A DNA stretch of 64,000 nt from Oikopleura dioica (lineage: Eukaryota; Animalia; Chordata), in NCBI GenBank assembly GCA_907165135.1, contig OU015568.1, forward strand, positions 5,952,001 to 6,016,000, read 5' to 3'. This document shows, in pieces, positions 1 to 13,276 of this stretch. Each line of letters begins with the position of its first letter. The first letter of the stretch is position 1. The notes beneath the pieces were generated by a model. That model made no database searches. It worked only from the letters and a program-made list of their open reading frames with translations, and was not told the DNA's origin. The position numbers and the translations under genes are program-made.

Positions 1-341
1 GGGTTTTACGGGCTTTTCTGGGTCAGCTACGATCATCGATGTCTAAATATCTCTTCGGCGTTTATGATGATGGACATTTTATCAGCGATTTTCTATCAAA
101 GATAAATGGATAATAGAGCATTTTTTCTGCATTAATAAAAGATTTTTCAAAAAAAAAATTTATTAAATAATTAATTTTAATTATAATTAATTATTTATTT
201 TTTAAATAAAATCAAAGAGGTTAATAATATTTTTTATTCTTTACAAAGAATTCAAATCAATAAAGCGCAGATTTTGGAATTTATTGATTTGTGATGATTA
301 TAAAATCGTTGTTTTGTCGAAGCTGGTGGCAGATTGCTTTT

Positions 342-2712
342 ATGGCCATGAAGCCGTTTTTACGAAGACAGAGTACTCTTGTTCAAGACGCGCGTCAACA
401 AATTGCTAAAGCCAGGTTTTTTTTCTCAGAACGATCGATTTTCATAAATCATCAATTTTCAAATCTAGGGCGAAAGTGGAAGCCAAGAACCTGTACTTTT
501 ACTTGAAGCAGAACAGCGATGATGTTTCTACGACTCAGGAACTGTCGATCATCTTTCAAATTTTGGTTGCTAATCGAGTCGGAGTCCAGCGATTCCGTCA
601 AGTGGTTCCGAGAAATCCCGGGCGGGCTTCTCTCGCGAGAAAGTTGTCGAAGGCTTCGATTGGATCGGATGACTTGGAAGATGTTTTCTTGCAAATTGAT
701 GAACCAAAAGTATGAGCTCGGCTCGGAAACCTGCGTAGAAAAGGGCCTGAGTCAGGGTCATTTTATTTGAACTTTTTCAGACCCTGACTCAGGTTTTCTA
801 CACAGATTCCTGAGCTTAACATAACGGTTTCAGGACAATTCGAGTCAAATTTTTGTATTTAGAAAATTTTGTCATCATCTGCGACAATCGTCGTCATCGA
901 AATCAAAGCACCTGAATTTGTGCTCGAGGTAAGCTGGGTCTAAGCCGGGAGTATAAAACTTGACGATGGCGGTGGTTACTTAAAATGAAAAAACTGCAAA
1001 ACAGAGTCGTTAACCTAGATGACCTTGTAGCGCGATTTATGTTTCTTTCCGCTCTTTGTGGGAGGGTTAATTTGTTTCCGTAACCTTGAAGTTTTGTTTT
1101 CTTTTCAGGGAATCTATCGAGCAGTAGAAGAGCAAGGAGTTATCCGAGCGGATGGAGCGTTCAACCGCAAGCCAGTTTCTGGGAGTTTTCCGCGATCAAG
1201 AGCAGATCTTTGCTGCGTCAAGGAGTTTATCGATCTTGCGCCAGATCATCCAGGCTTTGTTCAGTTCTGTTTGTCGACTTATATATTTGAAAATTTTTAT
1301 TGAGCGAATAAAAAGGATCAAAAGACGCGGAATATGTAACCCGGCGAAGAATGATTAACGACTTGGTAAGTCTAAAAAATCATCAAATAATGGTTAATCC
1401 ATCTCTTTAATTAAGGTTCGCCAGAACTCCCACTCACTGCCAACTGTATCTTACACCGACGAAGAAGAACTTTGCTGGAGAACGATTTACAGCCGACTTC
1501 AAAAACTATGGCCGACATACGCCTGCTCGAGATTTCAAGAAGGATTGAAAATTCTGGAAGAAAGCGGCGTCGTGAAGCAAAATCAAATTCCGAACTTGCA
1601 GCAAGTTTCGGATTTTCTTGAAGAAACAACCGGATTTATTCTGAAACCAGCTTCTGGTCTTTGCTCGGCGAGGGATTTTCTCAATTGTTTGGCGATGAAA
1701 GTAAGGCTTGATCAAAATAATTCCCGAATTTATCCGTTTTTTCAGGCCTTCCCGTGTACTTTATACATGCGTCACCACAGCGAGCCGGGCTACTCTCCAG
1801 AGCCAGACCTGGTCCACGAAATACTTGGACACGTGCCTCTGCTCGTAAAAAAAATCGCCCAACTTTTCAAAATTAAAAAAATTATTTTCATTTTCAGCTG
1901 TTAGATGATGTGGCGGAATTCACCCAGAAAATCGGCCTCGCGAGTTTGGTCGCCTCGGACGAGGAAATTGAAGAACTGGCGAGGCTGTATTGGTATTCGG
2001 TGGAATTTGGACTGACGCTGGAAAATGGAGATTTGAAGGTTTTTGGAGCGGGACTGCTTTCGTCGCCGGATGAGATGGAATATGCGGTGACTGATGAACC
2101 CAACCATCCTTTGGTAAGAGCTCCTGGTTTTCGTTGAAAAGGATTTTTGAAGTTTGAGCCGGGAATTTTGGCGAAAACGAAATTTGACGATACAACTCTT
2201 CAAAGCTCCTATTCTGTCCTTCAGGTACGTTTCCCAGAATCAATTGCTGGGCTAAGAAATCTGTGCCGGAATCCTTAGTCAGGAACTGAGATTTCTCAAA
2301 TGAAAAGCGGCTTCGTTTTTGAAAAAGCCGCTACGCGGCTTTTCATGTAAGATATGTGCATTCCTGACTAAGGGTTTCTACACAGGTTTTTGAGCCCAGA
2401 TCAACAGTTATGTAATCTGTTCTGGTCTGACAGCCTTCTAAAAAAACTCCGTTTCTTGTTTTGTTCAATGCTTACCTTGATTGATAAATTGAAATTTAAC
2501 GAGCCATTTCAGAGCGTGGACACGGCCATGGACTTGCTACGAGTGTATTGTCAAGCGCTCAAAAACCCGGTGGTCTTTTCGTACAATGAAGATTTGGGTA
2601 ATCATCAGAAAATCGAAGCCGCGGGATTGTTTGTTCTTTAGGCCTCATTACCGGCGAAAAACGACGGCCGAGCTACAAAAGAATCAAACGAGGCAGAACT
2701 CTTTACTTTTGA
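342..2712 (+). CDS. TH: Aromatic amino acid hydroxylase, tyrosine hydroxylase-like (multi-exon)
   Basis: Spliced translation gives N-terminal [13 protein letters not shown] (like TH RRQSLIEDAR), then [37 protein letters not shown] (Fe ligands), [21 protein letters not shown] and GAGLLSS. SPEPD, SARDF, ASDEE and the DD at 2186-2191 are TH-type rather than PAH/TPH-type. The junction near 1257-1325 is unresolved. Confidence 0.8.
717..818. mobile_element. hAT-like MITE (CTGGGCTC..GAGCCCAG family) in TH intron
   Basis: Inverted arms containing aacctg(c/t)gtagaaaa-cctgagtcagggtc and gaccctgactcaggttttctacacag. Confidence 0.75.
2247..2399. mobile_element. hAT-like MITE with 8-bp TSD in TH intron
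   Basis: Termini CTGGGCT..GAGCCCAG; flanks ATCAATTG (2239-2246) and ATCAACAG (2400-2407); internal AAGCCGC/GCGGCTT hairpins. Confidence 0.8.
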
Positions 2713-3011
2713 ATTTCTTGATTTCTCAGCAAATTTTTTTTTTGAAAAATGAAATAAATTATTAATCTTTCTTGTCTTTTCTTTATTTTCCATCTAAAAA
2801 ACCAGATGTTTTTTTTTCAAATTTGCATAAAATAGACGGCATTTTCTTCAGAAACCGCGTCGATTCCACGGAATCGAAATTTTATTAACGCAAATTCTCA
2901 ATAATCTCATCCCCCGCGGCGATTTCGCAGTTGTATCTTCTGAGCAAGAGAGCGAGGAGTTTTCATTCTAGAGAGTCTCGTGAAGGAATAAAAAGAGGAA
3001 ATAAAGAGAAA

Positions 3012-3584
3012 ATGAAGCTTTGCGCCGCTTTCATCGCCGTCGCCTCTGCTTCCAGCTGGCCTGGACAGGCCTACAACGGGACCATCTACCAATACTGCGG
3101 CACCAAGGTCACCCTCGCCGCCGCCTCCGTCAACGCCACCTGCTCCCTCGACTTCAACGGCTTCGACTTCGCCCACATCTCGATCCCCGGCTGCTTCTCG
3201 CAGGGAATGGGCTCCAACATCGTCGAATGCAACGGCGTCGAAGGCGTCACTGACCCAGAAAACTTGGACGTGACCGTCTTCTGGCAGCAGGACTTCGACT
3301 TGGATGGCAACTTGGACAACTCTACCTGCGCCGAGGATGCCGATATTACCTTTTCTTGCCAGGATAATGGAGCTGCTCCATCAGGTTTGTTTTTTTAGAT
3401 TACCCCTCGGCTAGGATCGGAAATCTTTGTAGGAAACTTAAGTCAGGGTCTGAAAAAGATAAATTGAAAAGCCGCGTAGCGGCTTTTTTACAATCGAAGC
3501 CGCTTAAATATGATCAAGAGAGAAAGTCAAGAGATTTGGCATGGAATGAATATAAATAAATTAGAGACTAACTGGTTGTAGATT

Positions 3585-3620
<36 letters not shown>

Positions 3621-3621
3621 T

Positions 3622-3654
<33 letters not shown>

Positions 3655-5669
3655 CACCGGTATTGTTGTTGTCGTCCAGGTAGTCTCCTCAAAAGATGTT
3701 GTCGTTGTTGAAGATGTGGTTGCTGGGTAAATATTGTGAGTAGCGTTTCTAATGCTGTAGAAAAACTCTTCTGTTCCAAACTGATCGATTAGTTGTTGAG
3801 AGTTTTCTCCCAAGCCTTGCCAGCTGTTTGAAGAAGACTCAACCCAAGCTTCCCATTCCGGGAAATTGAAATTGGTATAGTCTGCGTTTCCGTCATTGTA
3901 TTCGAGTCCAAGCACCCACCATTCGCCGAAAAAATAGAAAAGCTCCATCATATCCTTAATCGCCCAATATCCATTTTGACTTATCGCAGTCTCGCTTCCA
4001 TCGCGGTTTACAGCACCAAAGGAAGGAATCATTGCAGCGCCAGCAGTGAGAAGCCAGTCAAGACCTTCGTATTTTCCGGAATAAACAGCGCTCTCCACAA
4101 GTGCGGTATTATTCGGATCGTTGGCAGCAAACCAATCAACGAATTGACTGGCAAATTGTTCCCCGGAATAGCCGCCAGTTAGCTCGCTTGTTGCGACAAT
4201 TGCAAGGGCGCCTTTTCCACGGAGATGATCCCAAAGCTCATTCGTGAAGCCAGGAGTATCGTTGATGAACAGTATTCTTAGATAGTCTTTCCACCACTGA
4301 GCTGCCCAGACTCCGAGAAGCGGGTTGATCGTCCATGGATGCGCCCAAATTAAACAACGGTCGTATTGTACGGTTTCTAGCTCGCAGCCTGCTTCAACAC
4401 ATCCACCAGGGCAAATGAACTGATGAGCAGCATCGGGGCAGTTCCAAATTGATTCTTGAATTATCGTTGATTCGAGACAGTCAGTCAGTTCGGTACTGTA
4501 CTCTTTGACTTCCTCGTAAACTAAGTTGTTCATCATACTACTGAAATTTTCTATTCCGCTTCCGTCAACGATTTCCGCGAAGTAGTCCTCTGATAGCTCA
4601 TCATAAAAAAGTCCTGTGAAGCTCCATTTGAGAGCGTCAAGGTTCCAATTGTTGAATAATTCGCTGTCGAAAGCATCGAATTGTTCCATAAGGTCTTTGG
4701 CGGCTATCAATGTTTCAAGGACAAATGCTCCCCCGTGGATCCACTCGTCTCGCTTCAGAGCTGCGTCGATTGCATCTGCCGGCGCCCAAGCACCTTTCAA
4801 GTAGAGATCGCCCATAAGGGATTGGTAAACTTGCGATCTGGCGTTTCCAGCAGTCAGGGCTGTATTAGCGAAATTCGATGTTCCCATTGCGGAAGAAGCA
4901 CAACTCAGTGTATTTTCGTCAAAAATAAGGGGACCATAAGGTCCTTCTACTTGCCCTTCCGCTACAAGGGTGCTAAGGTAATCAAGGACGACTTGAGCGT
5001 AAATAGGCTGCCCTCCGAGGGGTCCAAATGGCGCGATTTCTCCTCTGACCTCATCAGCAGATCGTCTTCTTGGATCAGCAAGAGCGAGTCCTATTGCCGT
5101 CCAAAATTTCATTCTCTTTTGACTCCAAGCCGGTGATTTTATTTTTGCTGCTTTGAAGAATTTTTATTCAAAGCTTGAAATGTCATTGTTTCAAAAATCG
5201 ATTTTAATTCAAAATATCAATGAATAATCAAACCATTTTTTCGCCTCGAGATTTCCGTTATTGAATAAATTGTTAATTATTATTAAAAAACTGTTGTTTA
5301 GTTGCTATGTTCGACAACATCTCCAACAACTTCCACGCCCGCGATAGCACTCAATGGAACCGAATCCAGATTTACGGCATCGGCGGCGAAAACTACGCGG
5401 TCGAACTTAACGACGCTCTCGGCCTTCCAGCTGGTAATAAAACTTTGACACTTTTCTTTCCCTGAGCGGGTTCATTTGGTTCTTTTATGACATTGTTTTC
5501 AGCCATTTCAAACTACACTTGCGGCCTCTGCTCCGACATCCAAATCGCCGGCGAAAACCAGCTGACTTTCACCGTCAACCAAGACGCTTTCAACGCGCAG
5601 CTTTTCGAACTTATCGTCGAATCTGATGCTTTGATTTCCCAACAGACTTCGACCATCGTTTCTGTTTGA
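3012..5669 (+). CDS. Secreted ~223-aa protein, oikosin-like (3 exons: 3012-3384, 5302-5433, 5503-5669)
   Basis: Signal peptide MKLCAAFIAVASA. GT-AG junctions are phase-compatible (672 nt in total). Cys- and Asn-sequon-rich, acidic. AATAAA follows the stop. The oikosin label is inference. Confidence 0.75.
3568..5112 (-). CDS. Intronless secreted 514-aa protein with Thr-rich tail, nested antisense in intron 1 of the preceding gene
   Basis: Uninterrupted ORF; signal peptide MKFWTAIGLALA followed by DPRRRS; acidic/aromatic body; Cys cluster; C-terminal poly-Thr. It lies wholly within intron 3385-5301. Confidence 0.85.
3575..3720. repeat. (GTT/GTC)n trinucleotide tract encoding poly-Thr
   Basis: Direct reading of the tandem gttgtc/gttgtt run. 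Confidence 0.9.
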
Positions 5670-5856
5670 ACAAAATTTGCACCAATAAAACATCAAAAAA
5701 CCATAATTAAAATATTTTTATTCGCGAAAATATCGATTTTAAATTCATTCTCGAGTATGACTCATTGTTAAAAATCACCTGATTTTCCTATCCAATCAGA
5801 TTTCTTGTTCGAAAACGTCCAAAATTGAGTTTCAAAAAGAGAGAAATTTGAAAAAA

Positions 5857-7277
5857 ATGAGAAAAATTTTGATCGTTGAGCCGTTTTATGAATGTGTTTC
5901 TCCATAATTTTCGTTTTGATGCCCTTATCAGTCAAATTTCAAGATAATAGAAAACCCTGGAGAAACATACAAAAGGGTGGTTCGCATAAATATCTTCTTG
6001 ATCAACTCATTCCGGCGCTAGAAACGGCCAAATATTCCGTCACGCTCGTCACTCTTCCCGACAAAAAGTGGCACTGGCGGTAATTTCATCACTTTTTTTA
6101 TCAAACGTTGATTTATTCAAGCGCTCGAGTTTCAGTCCTTCAGCTTCGGAGCAAAATTCCAAAGGACAACTTCGACGTTTTTCTTACTTCTTCGGTTCTC
6201 CCTTTGGCCGAGTTTATCGGCCTCTTTCCCCACTTAGCGGCGAGCAAGAAGGTCATCTACTTCCACGAAAACCAGCTGGTCTACCCTGTTCAAGAAATCA
6301 AGAATCGAGATGTCCAGTACAGCTACAATCAAATCACGTCTGCTCTCGTTGCCGATCGGTTGCTTTTCAATTCGACGTGGAATTTCGAGAGCTTTTTGGC
6401 GAATATTCCAAAGATTTTGAAGCTCATCCCCGATTTTAAGCCAAAAGGGTTGGAAAAAGAAATTGAGGAAAAATCAAAGGTCGTTCATTTTCCTGTCAAA
6501 ATCCCTGACTTTCCGTAAGTCGCCTATTTTTTGATTCTTTTTGGGTGAAAAAATTTCTAGAGCTACACCAAAGTCTGGTCCTATTCACATCGTTTGGGTT
6601 TGGGCTCGCGAACCTGTGTAAAAACCTGAGTCAGGGTCCTAAAAGAGTTTTTTTCTTTTCTCAGGACCCTGAGTCAGGTTTCCACACAGGTTTTCGAGCC
6701 CAATTCCAGGCGCACCGCTGGGAGCACGACAAAAACCCTTCCATGTTTTTCCGGCAGCTCGAAACAATCAAAAGTCCCTTCATCCTTTCTGTCCTCGGAG
6801 AATGCTACGAAGAGAAACCGAGGATCTTTATAGAAGCGAAAGAAAAGTTCAGCGAACAAATCGTCAATTTTGGCTTCTTATCGTCGAAGAATGATTTTTA
6901 TCGAGCGCTAGAATCGGCGGATATTGCTGTTTCGACCGCGGATCATGAGTTTTTTGGTGTTTCGATGGTTGAGGCGGCGAGATTGGGGTGCTTTCCTGTT
7001 GCTCCAAATCGGCTCAGGTAAGAACTCAGCAAGGAAACCTGTGTTGAAAACCTGAGTCAGGGTTTGAAAGAGCTTTAATGGTTATTCTAGCTACCCAGAG
7101 CTCTTCCCAAAACGATGCCTGTACAATACTGAATCTCAACTTGGCAAACTTCTGAGAAATCTGATCATTGGTGGGCGCGAAAAGCTCGAAAAACTGAACG
7201 AAGACATAAAAGAAAGCGTCGAAAAAGTTTCTCAAGAGAAATTTGTTCTGAAAAATATCCTCTGCCAGCTTGAATAA
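5857..7277 (+). CDS. GTDC1: Glycosyltransferase-like domain containing 1 (tRNA-queuosine mannosyltransferase QTMAN orthologue)
   Basis: MRKILIVEPFY|GGSHKYLL, LPDKKWHWRAR, YFHENQLVYPV, IHIVW|AHRWEHDKNP and STADHEFFGVSMVEA match GTDC1 motifs. Intron 1 is GA-AG. Confidence 0.92.
6600..6703. mobile_element. hAT-like MITE filling almost the entire GTDC1 intron 6598-6709
   Basis: TIRs ttgggctc..agggtcct and aggaccct..gagcccaa. Only 2 nt lie on the left and 6 nt on the right between the element and the splice sites. Confidence 0.85.
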
Positions 7278-7420
7278 ATAATTTTTCGGACGATAAAATC
7301 CCTCCCTGTCGCGTATTTTGGAACGTGCCCTGAGGGCGGCCTTAGTTGATACCGGGGAGTTTTGCATGAAATACTCTGATAGCTTACTTTTCATCTAAAT
7401 CCTCGGCAAAAAAGGCAAAA

Positions 7421-10897
<3,477 letters not shown>

Positions 10898-11044
10898 AAA
10901 AATAAAGAAGTTTTTTGTAGAAAAATAATTTTAATGACGCTAAAACCTAAACCTTTCTGTACAAGCAAAAACTACTGTTCATACTGATTTTACAGTATCT
11001 CTTCAAGATTTAAATAAAATTACACAAGCAGTTTTAATCGGAAA

Positions 11045-11242
11045 CTAAGTTCAGAAATCTGCGTAAGAACCTGAGTAAAGGCTCGGCAACCTGTGTAAGT
11101 CACCTGAGTCAGGGTCTGAAAAAGCTTAAAAAGGCCCTGACTCAGGTTTTGGCACAGGTTGCCGAGCCAAGACCTGAGTCAGGGTCTTAAAAGCTCTTCT
11201 AAGATCCTGACTCAGGTTCTTAACACAGGTTTCTGAGCTGAA
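11045..11242. mobile_element. Nested pair of hAT-like MITEs (inner copy 11077-11171)
   Basis: The inner copy is flanked by a perfect 8-bp TSD, ACCTGAGT (11069-11076 and 11172-11179), which lies inside the outer copy's left TIR. Confidence 0.85.
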
Positions 11243-11605
11243 AAGCAAAGAAACTTGTTTCATCTAGCAATTCTTCCTGAATTTTTTCTTCAAAAGTAGA
11301 CGTTCCTGGTTTTTAAAACGGAAAGTCTACGGTACTCAAGAGTAATTTCAAATTTGTATTAGCGATGTACGCATTTTCATTCGAAAACCAGATTAAGAGT
11401 TAATCGTCGAGTATCGCTCGAGTTCCCAATCTAAGATGATCAGACTGTATACTCCCTCATCAATACTTATAATTCCCGCGAGATTATGCAGGCAGACCTG
11501 CAGATTAGAAATTCATAATTCCCCAGAATATCGCAATGAAATCGGGTTAATCGTACCATCGATACTCTTATTTTGCCTTATTTAGAATTTTACTGTAGCA
11601 TGTTG

Positions 11606-11836
11606 ATGGGCAAGCTGTCGAGAAAACCTGAGTCAGGTTTTTAAAAAGCTTTAATTATAAGCCGCATAGCGGCTTTTCCATAAAGAAAGCCGCAAAACAG
11701 CTAAGCCAAAATTTTCATCTAGATCTATTTTTGAAATCCTGTGTAGAAAACCTGAGTCAGGCTTCGCTTTGAAATAAAAACCGCTACACTGCTTTTCATT
11801 TTAGATCTTTCAGACCCTGACTCAGGTTTTCTAGAC
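11606..11836. mobile_element. Degenerate hAT-like MITE copies
   Basis: cctgagtcagg / cctgactcagg TIR cores with internal aagccgc-gcggctt hairpins. Confidence 0.65.
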
Positions 11837-13276
11837 AAAAAAATAAAAACTTCTTTTTTGAATCAAAATAGCTGGCCGATTTAAATTTGGGCAAGAGTGG
11901 AACTTCTCAATCCCACCCGAAACTGTTGTTGTTTCCTGTTTTCTTTTTGGTTTTGGTTGGTTTTGCAGGACGCCCAGCTCGTGAATAACTCAAAAGATAA
12001 ATAGATAAATAAGTGCATTAATAAGAAGCCAAGTATTTATTCTGGAAGGCGAGTTTATTTGCATATTCATTCGCTGCAGAAGTACATTCGAAAGTACAAT
12101 CTACTTGAATTCTCAAGTACCAGCAAAAATTCATTAAAACAGATGTATACATTTGTTGAAACAAGTCCACGTTGGCTGAAGTCCGGGTTTTATTTTTTTA
12201 ACAAAACAGCTGGTAAAATCGAGGAAGCTTCTTTTCGGCCATTCTTTGTAGTTAAAAGTTCATACTTAGAAAAAAAAATCGGCACAAACCAAGAAAAGGA
12301 AGTGCATTTTTTGAAGACCAATAAGCTGGCTGTATTTGGCCTAGCGGCCAATAAAAAGCCAGATCCAAAAATTACTTTTCCCTTCCTGTAGTTTTGGGTC
12401 GCGACCTTCAACAAATGAATCTATTATCATCTCCTTTTTATCGAGAAGTAGTTGAGAGCGCCCTGAGATGACAGTTAGCATCTTAGAAGGTGAGAGTCAA
12501 GCTTGATTTCTGTCAACGAAACCGCATCTTTGCATAATCAGATTGAGCAGATTCGACGAAACATTAGAACAGGGTTAAGTTGGATCATCACGTGATTTCT
12601 CCAATCAGTCGAAAAGCTTGCTTCAGAAATATCAAAAAAATTGATTTATTAATTATTCTTTATTTTGAATTTATGATTATATGTAATTAAATTATTACCC
12701 ACCATTTTAATAATTCGATAAACAAAAAAAAAAGCCGCGCTTTTGCGGCTTTCTTTTAATAAAGCTAAAAGCCGGAGGCAGTTTTTCGAGTCGAAAAAAA
12801 TAATTGATGATAATCATGATTTTTAAAATTTTTAAAAAATATTGAGTCAAATTAAGTTTGCGGCTTTGAGTAAAAAATAGAGAAAGCCGCAGAAAGCGCG
12901 GCTTTTATTAAATAACTTTTATGTATTTCTTTTTTTTTCAGGATATTTTTGTTGAATAAAAAGAAGTGTTCTATCCGTCTATTTTCATAATTTCCAGACT
13001 GTCAGAATCTTAACAAACCAAGCTGAGAATCTGCCGTCCTTCCAAAACGCGAATTGATTATGCAGAGATAAAAGAATCGCAAATTATATTCCCGTACTTT
13101 CTGTTATTTCTCCCTGAGCCGTCAATTCTCCGCATGAGGGCGCAAACGCGATCCATTCCGCTTGAAAAGCAAGCTCCATGCTCTTCTCCCTCACCTGTCA
13201 AGCGAACAGAAAATCAAGGAGAAACTCTTTCGAAGAAACTTTTTTTTTCGTTGACGATTTCGAGGAGCCTGAAATT

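Noticed and set aside
1257-1325. Unresolved TH junction after DHPGF; no GT-AG solution keeps HPGF-KD
   Set aside because: Possible solutions (a GC donor giving HPGSKD, or others) cannot be distinguished without reads; not claimed as a novel splice type.
11100-11240. Repeated cctgagtcagg units with spacers superficially resembling a CRISPR array
   Set aside because: They are inverted terminal repeats of nested MITEs with TSDs in a eukaryotic context, with no cas genes.
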